Assembly (NCBI RefSeq): GCF_009914755.1
Contig: NC_060925.1
Direction: 5' to 3' (one strand)
Source of the DNA: the human T2T-CHM13v2.0 reference genome, Homo sapiens
DNA: 64,000 nucleotides
In this document: positions 26,802 through 40,722 of the stretch, piece by piece
Layout: each line of letters starts with the position of its first letter
How positions within the stretch are numbered: position 1 is the stretch's first letter
The notes under the pieces: model-generated
Told to the model about the DNA's origin: nothing
What the model saw: the letters and a program-made list of their open reading frames with translations, nothing else
The model's database searches: none
Translations under genes and position numbers: made by a program

Positions 26802-28958
26802 AAAATGATATTTGCAGGAAAACTGGTAAAGATCAGATGAAGTCTGTAGCTTAGTTAATAATATTGTACCGATGTCAATTTCCTATTCTTGATAATTAAA
26901 ATGATGAGAGAGATTCAACATAAGTGGAAGCAGGGTAAGGGATTAAAGGAACACTTTCTAGTGTTTTTGCAATTTCTTAAAGTCTAAAATTCATTCAAAA
27001 TAAAATAATGCTTTAAAACCAAAAATAAATAAATAAAATGGGTCTCTTCTATTAAGGGTTTTCTAGAAACCTCCATCTTTCCACCACTCTCCTATAAAAG
27101 TTTTAAAACATTTTCAAAAGCCACTTATCACTATTCTTAGACTGCCAGTGATCAAAAGGGCAGCCTCGCGGGTTGCAAATTAGTGAAGAAGAGAAAGCTA
27201 GAAGGAAGAGGAAGTGGAGCATCTGAGGGAAAGATTTTTAAATGAACTTCTTTGTGTTGCTAAATTTATTCGTATCCTGGAATGGGCTACAACCATCACA
27301 AGGACATAAAAATCATCAGGTAAATTCAAGGACTTTTTAAAAATGCATCTAATCACCTCCTGTCCAAAACATTCAAGCTTAACCTTTCTCTTGAAAATGC
27401 AATCTGCTCTTTACACCCTGCCTGCATACCAGATTCTGAGACCTAGATTGCCACAGGAGCAGAATCATCACCTTGTCCTGATTCAATAGGTTCTTGTTGT
27501 TACATTATCAGCTTAAGATCCTGGGATATGTGGAGATGTGCCTATTCATTACTGAAAGAGTTCATGCACAATTTATGTCCTTCACATAACTTTGTCCTTA
27601 AAGGCTATTTTCTGAATCCATTTCAGTTATGTTTTCCCAACAGCCATATTAGGAGGTGACTGTTGTTTTTCCATATTCAAAGTAAAAGAAATGAGACAAA
27701 TATCTCAAAATGATTGAGGTGCTCACAATAAAAATGTAGTGGTAAAGATAGTACCAGATCTCGTGTCTGTAGCTTCTGTGCCCTCTTTCATAGTCCAGAG
27801 GACTGAGCTACTCTAGCAAATGGGTATATGAGAACTGGTGACCACAGTTAATCCAGCTGACATGACACCAGCCATTACATTCAAGTGCAGTGATGTATTT
27901 TGCATTGCTCAGCTCTTTCTACTTTTCAAAGTCCTCTTCACATATTTCATTGAATTTGATTCTCAAACCACATTGTAATGTAAGTAGAATAGCTATTTCC
28001 TTTTAGTAATCGTAACATCATGCCATTCAATATATAAATAAAGCCCCTTTATTAACATTACCTTATCTAGGTCCCACTAAAAGAAAAAATATAAAGTAGT
28101 AGAGTCCCCATTTTCTAGATAACTGAGGCTCAAAGATTGACTGGTCCAAAGACACCCAGGCAATGAAGGGGAAGATGGAATGTAAGAGCAAGTCTTTTTG
28201 ACTCATTATCCAGTCATATTTCCCCCACTGTGCAATAGCTGCATAGCAAAATGAAGAAAAATTACAAGTTTCTGACTATGAGTCCAAAAATGAGTTAACA
28301 TGTGATTTTATGCTAGAAGATAATCTAATGAGGTCACTCTGCTTAGCTGCTTAGCTACCGCTGTTATCCCAATGGGACTGGGCAAGAATAGAACCAAGTC
28401 ATGCAAGTAAGAGTAGCACCTGATTGGGCACTGGGCTTGGATTCAGGTTGTTATCTCTATGGATAGCTGTGGTTCACTGAGGAACCATTCCAAAGATGTT
28501 AGAAGAGCCAGACAGAACCTACATTAATTCATTGGTTAAAGCTCAGAAATAATCATGAGGTCTCTGAGACAGGAGACAATTAGACATAGGATGGCTCCTA
28601 TTATACACAAAATTTCATTGAGTCAGCTCTCTCCGCTTTACTTCTTGCCCTAGTATATCTTAAATATGTGGTTTTCCCCTTGCCTAATCCAGGAAAGCTG
28701 GATTTCATAACTAACAAGACTTTAGACTTGTGCTTCACCTTTCAGCATGCTTCTGGGTTCCATGATGTCCCAGAGCCTATGTGCTTATGATTAAAAAAAA
28801 AAAAAGAAACTGAAGAGGGACCCCAGTCTGCAGGAGTGAGATGGGCATGGGAAGAATTACATTTTCTCTGGTTCCTGGGTATGCTGAAGATGACATCCAG
28901 GAGAAAACTTCTGGCCCCTCAAACTGCCCCATAGCTCAGCCTGCGGGCTGCGACTTAC

Positions 28959-29281
28959 AGTGACATCAGCAACATGATGGATTCCATCGCCAGCAGCCTG
29001 GACTCCAGGAGGCACCCCAGGCGTGGCCGATGTGCACAGGTAGGAGCATGTCCTCTGCGTGGCCTCTGCACTGGAAGAGCTTCAAGGCCTTTTCCTCCAG
29101 GGCTGAGGGGATTTGTGTTTCGCCTCTGTTTGTTTTTGTGTACTTCTGTTTGGCGAAACTTTCAAGCACGCAGAGCAACGTTCTGATAGATAGTGCAGAG
29201 AGGAGCTGCGCAGCATCCTGGAGCCGAAAGTTACAAGGAAGAGACCAAAACCGGTAAAGTCACGGATGTTGTGGCCCGAAC
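28959..29281 (-). other. Candidate non-HYDIN 5' leader exon (323 nt)
   Basis: Acceptor TTGTTTGGATTTACAG|GTT and consensus donor CACT|GTAAGT; unique sequence with locally retained CpGs; same strand as the HYDIN exons. Confidence 0.55.
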
Positions 29282-32200
29282 CTGTAAATCCAAACAATCT
29301 CACAGTTATGAAATGGAAAATTTGTGGGGAAAAACAAATGCTTTGGTTATTACAGTGTTACTACATTCATAAAATGTATTTCATTTGGGGGAGTTTACAC
29401 TGGGGGTAATGAGATTTTTGCTTTATGCGTTATTTATAACCGCTTAATCCAGGTACTGTGGGTTTTTTTAATTCCTTCATTTTCACAGCTACAAAACACT
29501 TCAGCATTTCTAATTTATTTCTGCTTACAATACAGATGTTCTTAGTTGTGTTTCTAACTATATTTCAACCGTTACGATCACGTTTGTTTGTGTCAGCGCA
29601 CAAGCCGGGGTTGTATGTGCAATACACAATAGTAAGGCTTCAAGAAGCCTGTAAAAAGGCCTCTTGTGCTTTCATTATCAACAAATTAAAATATGCTGCA
29701 TGGCACTATCTTTATCATCAGTGGTTTTAATCTTTGGATAATTCCCCTGCAGTTGGGTAGGCAGAGTGACAGCCCTCTCTCAGTGTAGAAACACTGCATG
29801 CCTTAAAATGGCACTTTTCAAGATGACCATTTGGAAGCAACATTTGGAGAACACTTGGGTTATGTCCTCTAACTGAATTTCCAAGCTGTTGGTAACGGAC
29901 TAAAGAAAATGTAGTCTGTACTGAATATTAAGGAAGCAAGAGTGTAAGAGCCTTGAAGGTCATGTGTAAATATTGACATTTTATTTTATTTAGTAACCAA
30001 ATTGGGGCCCTTGCATTGCTTATCTTGCCATAAAAACTCCTCACTCACTTTCACTGCCCTGCAGATTGTCAGGGAAAGATCTGATCTGAGCAGCTCTGGG
30101 TGCTCTTCCTGCCATTGCTAACAAGACTGAATTTTGTTTGTGCAAAATCTGAGTCAGAGGGGTGTTCCTCCCCTCTCATCTCCACCACGGACTGATGCAC
30201 CTGATTAGATAACAGAAATTTGTGGGCTGAATGTTCATGTAGTGACATGAAAGCCAAGATGCAAAAACAGTCAGAGAAAACAGCCTCCCACTCACTCAGA
30301 GTCAAGTCAGGTGTCTAAAACCAAAGTTATCTGGGGAACCAATAACTGGCTAATTTGGCCAGAATACCCTTCTCTGTGTCCTCAGCAGCAGTGTGAGGAA
30401 GAAATACCAGCATGTCCTCAGGCCCTGTACCCTTCTCAGAAACCAGGACTCTACCTGCAGAGCTTAATCAGGGCCATATTCTGAAGGTGAGATGCAGGCA
30501 ATGGCCAGGTCTCTCCACCAGCAGCAGTGGCTAGAATGCCCCACACACTTAACAACTTCCGGGACACATTTGACTGTTGACCTACAACAGCATTGCTTTC
30601 CTCTGCCAAAGCAAAGAGCTCTGCTCATGTAGAATAGGCTGGCAGTTTGGTAACTTGCCAGAGGCTCCTGTCTCCCTACAGTGAGGTCACCAGAATCGCT
30701 TCCCTCCTGAAACACAGTCGATTGAAATGAAGGTCCAGCAGAAATTAGGGGCCAGTGAGTTAAACATGGAGGCCACTTCCAATGGTCTTTAGCCTAAGAG
30801 GTTTTCTCCAAGTGAAAAGAAGAAAATTGAATATGGGAATAAAATGATCTTTTAATGCTTCATAACTCAACTCTCTGACTTACCTCAAAAAGAGAGAAAT
30901 AGTGTAAAAAGCCAACACTGTTTTCTGCCCTCTAAATTTGAGTTTTGAAAGGTGCTCCTCAAATATTAATGATCTGGTTTCTGTGCCCAAATAAATGTCA
31001 TGATTTACAACTCATGCTTATGGTTGCAATCCTAATCACCCTTCCCTACGGCAGCTTTATAAGTCTTGCCCAGTTCCACTACTGAAATAGTGCACTTGGA
31101 TTCAAACAACACTCAAAAACCTTGTTTTTTGTTTTGTTTCATTTTTAACTATTACTGAGTGGACAGGGTCAATCCCATTCAAAATTCCCAAGTAGACAAA
31201 ATCTGTCTGTGGCCCTTCCCCTTCCCCTCACCTTCTTGGCCGCCTCCCTCCATTCCCACTGATGAACTTCCAAGCTTCCTACAGCTCCACTAGTCCTTTT
31301 CAACCAATGGGAAACAAAGCAGTTTCCTACATTAGTGTATCTGCCTTCATAAAGTAGTTTAGTGTTTTGCACAAACCAAGAGAATGTTCATTTTAAAAGC
31401 AGGAAAGAAAGATTACAGATGGAATGTCAGACACCAGGGCACCTGGATAAAATATAATTTGGGGCAGGGGAGTATATTCTCATCTTACCTAAAGTAGATG
31501 AACCAGTCAAGTCAGTACCCATAAGGTAGGCTTGATAAATCTCAGGACCAGGCACCTCCACCCCCAACAAACACACACACACCTTTCCACTGTGATGTTT
31601 TAGGCACAGTGTATTGTAGCTCTGCCTATCTACTCAGAACCTAATGTATTCACATGAAAGTAAACTAACAGAGTCTGGCTGTCCTGGTGATTCTCAAGAC
31701 CCTATTGCCTCCTCACTTACCCAAAAGGAAAGGAGCAGTAGTTTTTTTTTTTTTTTTTTTAATTCAAGAAATCAGCAAAAAAAAAAAAAAAATGTGTTAG
31801 TGTTTCTCCAAAACTTCTAAGTTAGAGTGGCACACTTCATTTTTTTTATAAAGAATTTGATTAACTCTGGTTGGCCCAGATTTGCTTCAGCCTAAAGCCC
31901 AACATCTCTTTTGCAGCGTGGTATCCTTCAGTTGCTCATACTTGAGCCAATAGAGGTGGGAGGGGAGATGGAGAAGACTGGTTTTATTTGAGCTTGTGAA
32001 AATGGCTTTTTATCAAGTTCAATGTCATAAGTTTTCTTCCACAGGAAAGTAGAATATATTTTCTGGTGAGCAATAGTTTTTTATTATATAGAAATGGTTC
32101 CTAATTCTTAGCAGACAGGGATTTGAGAAAACAGGGGAGTTCTCCCAAGTCACAACAAATAATGTGATGGTCAACGTGATAGACTATTGTATGCTTTGAT

Positions 32201-32351
32201 AGCTAGTTTCAGACTGATTTTCTGACACATGAGAGAGGAGCAGTGCCTGTTGCCCATGGAAGGCGATTTGCTGGGAGGAGGAACACAAACATCCCCAAAG
32301 GCTACCAGGTCAACTGTCATTTTCAAAATTACCATTAAAAGTAGGCTGGTG

Positions 32352-33118
<767 letters not shown>

Positions 33119-34189
33119 TTATTATTAAAAGTAATAAGAATAGAAAACATAGGCTGTGTATGCTAGATTAACAAAACATTCCCCCTACAAAAGGGGGAAA
33201 TTTCAATTTTCTATGAAGTTTGAAATCTATAATCATCTGGCATTATTTCCAGGCATGTAGAAAAAAATTCATTTGTCTTTTCATCTGGATTAGTTTGTCT
33301 CCATCAGTGTGTACATCAAAAGTACCTGGGGATTCTGTGGGTTTGGGGAACATTTTTTTGTTTGCTTGTTTGTTTGTTTTCAAAATATATGGTAGTATCC
33401 CACCACAAATCTATACTAAAATAAAATTTCGCAGTGTATGTCAAATAAATGTGCACTTTGAAAAATTCCCCAAGTAAATTTTGAGATTGGCTCTTGATTC
33501 AGTGACACTAATATAAACACTTTCACTTACTTTTGAATTTTGTGGTGACCGATCTTAAGATTTGAAGCCTACACCTTCTTAACTTGGTCCATGGGGGCAC
33601 AAAAGGAGAGAGAGTATAAATGCTGAGGATGACCTTAACAAAAGTGAACACGAAATTAAGAGATGTGAACCCAAAATAAAAGAAAGCAAAGAACTCTGTC
33701 TTCCCTTGTCATCTTTAACTCTGCTCTATCTTGATTCTTCTCTGTGTTTTTCACAGGCTCTTCTTCCTATACCCACTCTGTAAAGTGATTTACCCCATAG
33801 CTCTCCACCCCTTTCACCTTGGATCTCTGGTCAGATAATCTCACCTTCCTCTGTGGCTTCAAAGCCATATACATTTGACTTCTGAATTCATCTGCTAGGG
33901 CAGCCATAACAAAGTACCACAGACTGACTTGGGTGGCTTAAACAACAGAAATGTATTTTCTCACAGCTTTGGAGGCTGAAAGTCCAAGAGAAGGTATTTG
34001 TGGCTTTGGTTTCTTCTGGGGCCTCTCTCCCTGGCTTGTAGATGGCTGTCTTTAGCCTGTGTCCTTACAGGACCTTTCCTCTGTGCTGGCACTTCTGGTG
34101 TCTCTTCCCCTTCTTACAAGGACATCAGTTCTGTAGAATTATGGGCCACCCTAATAACTCCATTTTAACTTATTACCTCTTAAAGACCC

Positions 34190-36425
34190 TAATATGGTTT
34201 GGCTCTGTTTCCCCATCCAAATCTCATGTTGAATTGTAATTCCCAGTGTTGAAGGAGGGGCCTGGTAGGAGGTGATTGAATCACGGGGGGGCGGACTTCC
34301 ACCTTCCCGTTCTTGTGATAGAGTTCTCACCAGATCTGGTTGTTTGAAAGTGTGTAGCACCTCCCACTTTGCCTCGCTCTGTTCTGCTGGCCATGAGAAA
34401 ATGTACCTGTTTCCCCTTTGCCTTCCGCCATGATTTTAAGTTTCCTAAGGCCTCCTCAGCCCTGCTTCTGGTACAACCTGCAGAATGGTGAGTCAATTAA
34501 ACATCTTTTCTTCATAAATTACCCAGTCTCAGGTATGTCTTTATAGCAGTGTGAGAAGGGACTAATACAGAAAATTTGTACCAAATAGTGAGGCATTGCT
34601 ATAATGAAACCTGAAAATGTGGAAGCAGCTTTGGAACTGAGTAATGTACAAAGGTTGGAGCAGTTTGGAGGGTTCAGAAGAAGATAGGAAGATGAGGGAA
34701 GGTTTGGAACTTCCTAGAGACTTGTTGAATGATTTTGACAAAAATGCTGACAGTAATATGGACAGAGATAGCCAAGCTGGTCTCAGATGGAGATGAGGGA
34801 CTTACTGGGAACTGAAGTAAAGGTCACTCTTGCTATACTTTAGTAAAGAGACTAGTGGCATTGTGGCCCTGTGCTAGAGATCTGTGGAACTTTGAACTTG
34901 AAAGAGATTATTTAGGGTATCTGGCAAAAGAAATTTCTAAGCAGCAAAGCATTCATGATGTGGCCTGGCTGCATCTAACAGCATAAACTAATATGCATGC
35001 ACAAGGAGATAATTTGATACTGGAAATTACATTTAAAAGGGAAGCAGAGCATAAAAGTTTGGAAAATTTATACCCTGGCCATGTGGTAGAAAAGAAAAAC
35101 CCATTTTCTGGGGAGAAATTTAAGCCAGCTGCAGAAATTTGCATAAGTAAAGAGGAGCCACATGCTAATAGCAATAGCCAAGACCATGGGGAAATGCCTC
35201 CGAGGCATTTCAGAGATGCCTCGGAGGCATTTCCGAGACCTTTGCAGCCGCCCCTCCCATCACAGGTCTGGAAGCATAGGAGGGTTATATGGTTTCATGG
35301 GTCAGGCCCAGGGCCCTGCTACTCTGCGCAGCCTCAGGACATGGTTCCCTGCATCCCGGCTGCTCCAGCTCTAGCCATGGTTCAAAGGGCCCCAGATATG
35401 TCTTAGGCTGCTGCTCCAGAGGGTGAAAGTTGCAAGCCTCATGGCTTCCATGTAGTGTTAAGCCTGTGGGTACACAGAGGGCAAGAGTTGAGGCTTGGGA
35501 GCCTCCACCTAGATTTCAGAAGATGTATGGAAATGCCTGAATGTCCAGGCAGAAGACTGCTGTAGGGGCAGAGCCTTCAGGGAGAACCTCTACTGGTGCA
35601 GTATGGAGGGGAAATATGGTCTTGGAACCTCCACACAAAGTTCCCACTAGGGAATTGCCTAATGGAGCTTTGAAGAGAGGGCCACCATCCTCCAGACTCA
35701 GAATGGTAAATCCACCAACAACTTTAAGCTCCATTATTTTGGAGCTTTAAGACTTAATGACTGCCTTGCTGGGTTTCCGACTTGCATAAGGCCTGTATCC
35801 TCTATATTTTGGAATGGGAGCATTTACCCAATGCCTGTACCCCCCATTGTATCTGGGAAGTAACTAACTTGTTTTTGATTTTACAGGCTCATATTTGGAA
35901 GGGACTTAACCTTGTCTCAGAAGAAAATTTGGACATGGACTTTTGAGTTAATGCTGGAATGAATTAAGACTTTGGGGAACTGTTGGGAAGGCATAATTGT
36001 GTTTTGAAATGTAAGAAGGACATGAGATTTGGGAGGGGCTGGGGCAGAATAAAATGGTTTGGCTGTGTGTTCCCACCCAAATCTCATGTCTAACTGTAAT
36101 TCCTAGAGTTGGGGGAGGGGCCTGGTGGGAGGTGACTGAATCCTGGGGGTTGACTTTCCCCTTGCTGTTCTCCTGATAGAGTTCTCGCAAGGTCTGGTTG
36201 TTAGAAAGTGTGTAGCGCCTCCCCCTTTGCTCTCTCTCTTTCCTGCCAGCCATGTGAAGATGTGTCTGCTTCTTCACCTTCCACCATGATTGTAAGTTTT
36301 CTAAAGCCTCCCCAGCCATGTTTCCTGTACAGCCTGCAGAACTGTGAATCAATTAAACCTCTTTTCTTCATAAATTATCCAGCCTCAGGTATATCTTTAT
36401 AGCAGTGTGAAAACAAACTAATGCA
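34190..36425 (+). mobile_element. Two-LTR THE1D/MSTA-type MaLR element (LTR 34190-34569, internal region, LTR 36050-36425) inserted in an older MLT1 LTR (~33890-36518)
   Basis: Both LTRs start T.A.ATGGTTTGGCT and end ACTAAT.CA; typical MaLR internal sequence; 5-bp TSD GACCC at 34185-34189 and 36426-36430. Confidence 0.92.
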
Positions 36426-39400
36426 GACCCTGTTCCCAAATACAGTCACATTCTGAGGCACTGGGGGCTGGGAATTCAACATATGAATCTGGAGAGACAT
36501 GGTTCAGAACATAACAACTTCCAGTTATATAACTTCAATGCTACGTGATGACTGGCTCATATATTTGAAAAACTTTCACATGAAAAAGGGACAAGACAAG
36601 GACCAATGTGTGGAAGGTAAAAGCTGAAATTTTCAGCTGAACAAAAGGAAGGCCTATGTGATAATGAGGGGGGTCTAGTTATTACAGGCTGCATTCCCTG
36701 ATAGTGTGTCCCTGCCACAGGAAGGGCACAGCAGAGGCTGAGTGGACCACTATCGTGCCTGTCTTTGGGGAAATCCAGCATAAGCCTCCAAAATCCCTTT
36801 TCCTCTTTTAATTTGATGACATTAATGAAGGAATATGAGCTCACAGGGATTAAATCAAGATGATTAAAACAAAGAAGTAGAAAATATGGTCACACGTCTA
36901 CAGTGTGTCTACAAACACGGCATAATCAGATATGAGAAAAAGGAGTTTTGTGAAATGTTAGAGTCACACCCTCCCTGACGTGAGCAATACAGTGGCCAGC
37001 AAGGCAGGAGAGGATGTGCTCTGTATCAAGAATGTGAGGCCTACGGTAAAGCTGACCGGTACAGGTGGAGCAAGACCAACTAAGAAGCATCTTTCCCTGG
37101 AGAAAACTGTCACTCATCAAGAGGATGTCCATGGCAATCTAAGTGGAGATTTTCCCAAAGGGACTACAAATGTCAGAACCCAGGTGATCTGACATCAATG
37201 AATCTTCCTGAAAGCCCCTTGGGATGTCATCTGATGACATGAGTTAGCATTGGTGGACTAGGGTTGGGAGATCTGACTTGAGAGCCAATTTCTCTGTGTA
37301 CACTAGTCAGCTGACCTAAGGTGTGTCATTGCCTTCTCTGAGTCTCAAGCTCCTCATCTGTAAAATAGAAAGAATATGGCCTTACCCTGACAGCATATTG
37401 TAAAAATTGATGAGATATGATTTAACTATAAATGTGCTATGAATTTAACCATGCAATTTAATTTATGTAACTGTGAATTGTAGACTATTATTTAAACATG
37501 TGGTATTAATATTATTGTCATGTTTTCATTTTGCCCAATGTGATGGTCAATACCGTGTGCTATAAATGTAAGTGAGCTCCTCATTAGATGCAGCATGAAA
37601 GATTCTGAGGGATGCCCTTTGATAATTTGATTCGCTCAAAAAGATACAGACTTCCTAGTCACAATGGGGAAAGTAATCCAGTGGAGGTATTCGTATTCCA
37701 AAATACCACTGGGAGATACAAAGGAATAAAAAATTAAGAAATTCCATACATCAGAAGGACAAGAGCTCTTGAGGTTCTTTCAGTGGACAGTGGTTTTAGA
37801 CTTCACTGTGCATTAGTTCTGTCCAAGATGCTTATTACAGATGAAGGCTCTCCTTCACTAGAAGCCCTCCCCATCACTACTCTTGATTGCATGGTTCAGT
37901 AGGACAATACTTTGAAAAACATTTCCCTGGTGAGTGAATTCAAACCCTCAGAAGAGGGATTCCATGCTTCATACAACACTATGGAGGCTTTGAAGTGTTT
38001 ACCATACTTGGGTTCTATTGGCAATATCCAGGGGTGACTTGGAGTTTCCTTAAGTTTCCTCTCAAAAATTTCCATTTACTTAACTCCGAGATATGTCAAA
38101 ATAAGCATTCAAGCTAAGTAAAAAATTGGTGCTTGTTAGACAAAGCCGCTTCAAGACAATGCCCTTGATCCTTCCTCCTCTCCAGGGTGCCACCCTAAAC
38201 CCCTCTACCTAGAAATTTTGGATTTGCCAATTGCCCAGAAGGATGAAAGCCTCACAGTGCAATCATTGTCAAGTCCTGCTGAGCTGTGTGGGAGCTGGCT
38301 TATGTGGAACTGCCTGAGCTTCTCAGGGGCCTCCTCCTGGCACATCGAGCTCAGATGAAATGGAAGGCCTCAAAGCCCCACTCACCCCACCCTACCCACC
38401 TTCATTTATACCAGTTCACAGAAGAATAAGGAAAACAGACAAATACCGTATCTGGAAGATATCTCCAAAGACCTAAAGCCCTAAATAGGAAACTGAGAAA
38501 TTTGTGGGAACCTTTAGAATTTTGATCTCTTCATACACACTGCTAGTCACTGTTACTGAGAAAGTAGCAAGACCAGCTTTTTCCATTCATTGTCATCTGC
38601 TCTTGACATGCTGGACTCACCTGCTGTGTCTCCAGATCATGTGCATGGCTGCATGCAGTCTAGGGTTCTCCACCAACAGGCAGATCCACCTCAATAAAGG
38701 AAATTACTTGAATCAGTGAGGGACAACTAACATCAGGTGACATTTTAAGGTAAACTCTTTTATGGCTATACTATTTCTGTCTTTACTAAGTATACTTGTA
38801 ATCTGATCAGTAGAGTATAAGTAGCCTGCTCTCTCATAATATTTTTGTAGAAATCAATACAGTGTAATCAAATTGGTGTCAATAGGTTAGATTCCTTATT
38901 TGTAATTATTGAGGGTTTTCATATCTTCATTGAAAGACTATTGGTTTACATCATGCCATTTGACTTTTGGTTCAAGTGCTTTCAAAGAAACTGATTTCTT
39001 AAAATGCATCCTTGCAAGCCTGACAGTCTAACAGTTGAAAATCTATGCAAGACCATAAGGCAGACTAAAGATGGGTGAGAAGGCAGGGATGGGGGTAACC
39101 AAGGACAGAGATACTAAGTATACAAATAGATGTTTTCCAGCCAAAGCTGGAGGAGCAAATGGAGCAACTGCTAATAAAAAGTGGGCATGTACATTTTGAT
39201 TTCAATATTTAAAAGTAGCCCAGTGTTCCATTAAAAAAAATGCAGCCACTATTCAAGGAAAAAAATGTGTGTAATATGTATGTGTGTGTTACATTAAGAA
39301 AGGAGTTCCACTTCAATTTCTGGGCTTCATAAGCAATCATCCTTGTGATCTTTCGTTTGTGCAGTTTCATAGTCTACAAAACACTTTCACAAATATTACT

Positions 39401-40695
39401 TATTCATCCAACAAACATTTATTGAGTTCTTCCTCACCCCCAAGCATTGTGCCAGACACTGGAGATACAAATATCAAGAAATAATACTTACCTTCAAGAA
39501 GTCCACAGAAGCAATCTGCAATCTCTTACCCTCAACAAATTTAAGGAACAGAAATATCTTTGCAAAGAACAGAATGGGAAGATGATTTTTTAACTTACAA
39601 TGCCCTGCTACAATCCAGATTTCCAAAACCCTAGGAATGATAAAGGAGAGAAAAAGATCATGAATTTCCCAATATTTTGAGAAAGCCATTATACTGCTTC
39701 TCATTCATTAGACTCCATTGCTAATCACTGGAGTTTCATACTGTTTAAGGAGGCATTCCTCCAATGCCTTTCTGAAAGTTTCTAGGGATGTCCTAATACC
39801 TACAGACATCTCCATTTGCCATACACCTGGACTGAAAGGGGATAGTATTCTCTCTCCTTAATTGTAATAGGTTAGGCATTCAATTGACAAATAAACCTTG
39901 AGTACATTAACTTAAAACATAATTGAGGATCAGCTATGATGTGTCATGCACTGATTGGAATTATAAGAGATGAGTAAGTCCATGCCCCTTGATCACAAGT
40001 AACCCAGAAAGGGAGAAATATTTACAAAAAGCTAGGTAAAATAAAATGTAAAGCAACTGCTCTCCAGTAGTGGGAAGGGCATGCCCTAGGGCAGACTTTT
40101 TCACCTAGCTAAACTTCCCAACCTCTGACTCCTGTCTTCGCCATGCTACACGTGGTAGGACGAGCATCCGAAACAGACAGCTGACATGCTTTAGGCACTG
40201 TGTTGTGTGCACTTAGATTCTTCAAAATTCTGGAATGGGAATATGTCCTCTCAGCCCATTAGGAAACAAGCCAGCCTAACTTCACTTTTTAAAAAAAATC
40301 TCATCAGATTCATCTTATTTTGATAGGAATATTGAGTTAGGTGACTAGAAAGATATAGGGAATCTTGACTTGAACAAGAATTCTGAGAAAGTCTCAAGAT
40401 TTCTTGCTGGTCAAGCTGGAAAATAATTTGTACCAAATGATACCACACAAGATTAATTCATAATATTTAAATGACAGTGCCCTAAGGGTGCTGGTGAGCC
40501 TAGAGGAAAGTTTCTAAAGATATTTCTTTGCCTGTGCCCTTAGCTCTGTATTATCCAAATATGTTACACAACAATTCAGATGAAGGTATAGAAATCATGC
40601 ACAATTAAAATGCCAATGAATGTTTAAAATCTTAGAATATGGCAAATAACTGGCACTGTGCTGGCTCATGATAAATATATGTTTGACTTTCTAAA

Positions 40696-40722
40696 ATGAA
40701 TGAATGAATGAATGAATGAATG
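40696..40722. repeat. (TGAA)n, L2 tail
   Basis: Direct reading. Confidence 0.85.

Larger units (their letters stand above)
25673..27010 (+). mobile_element. L1MC-type 3' region hosting MER50 and 5S insertions
   Basis: CTAATCATGACAAAACATTAGACAAACC..GGACATTCTAC, AAGGAAAGACTAGGGAACTGTCACAGATT, GTCTAAAATT..CAAAATAAAA. Confidence 0.75.

Noticed and set aside
34993-36352. ORFs of 137 aa and 134 aa
   Set aside because: They lie within the MaLR internal region and LTR; decayed retroelement sequence.
39486-39530. Strong minus-strand donors (AAG|GTAAGT, AGG|GTAAGA)
   Set aside because: They lie in or next to an L2 remnant with no convincing acceptor; probably chance.
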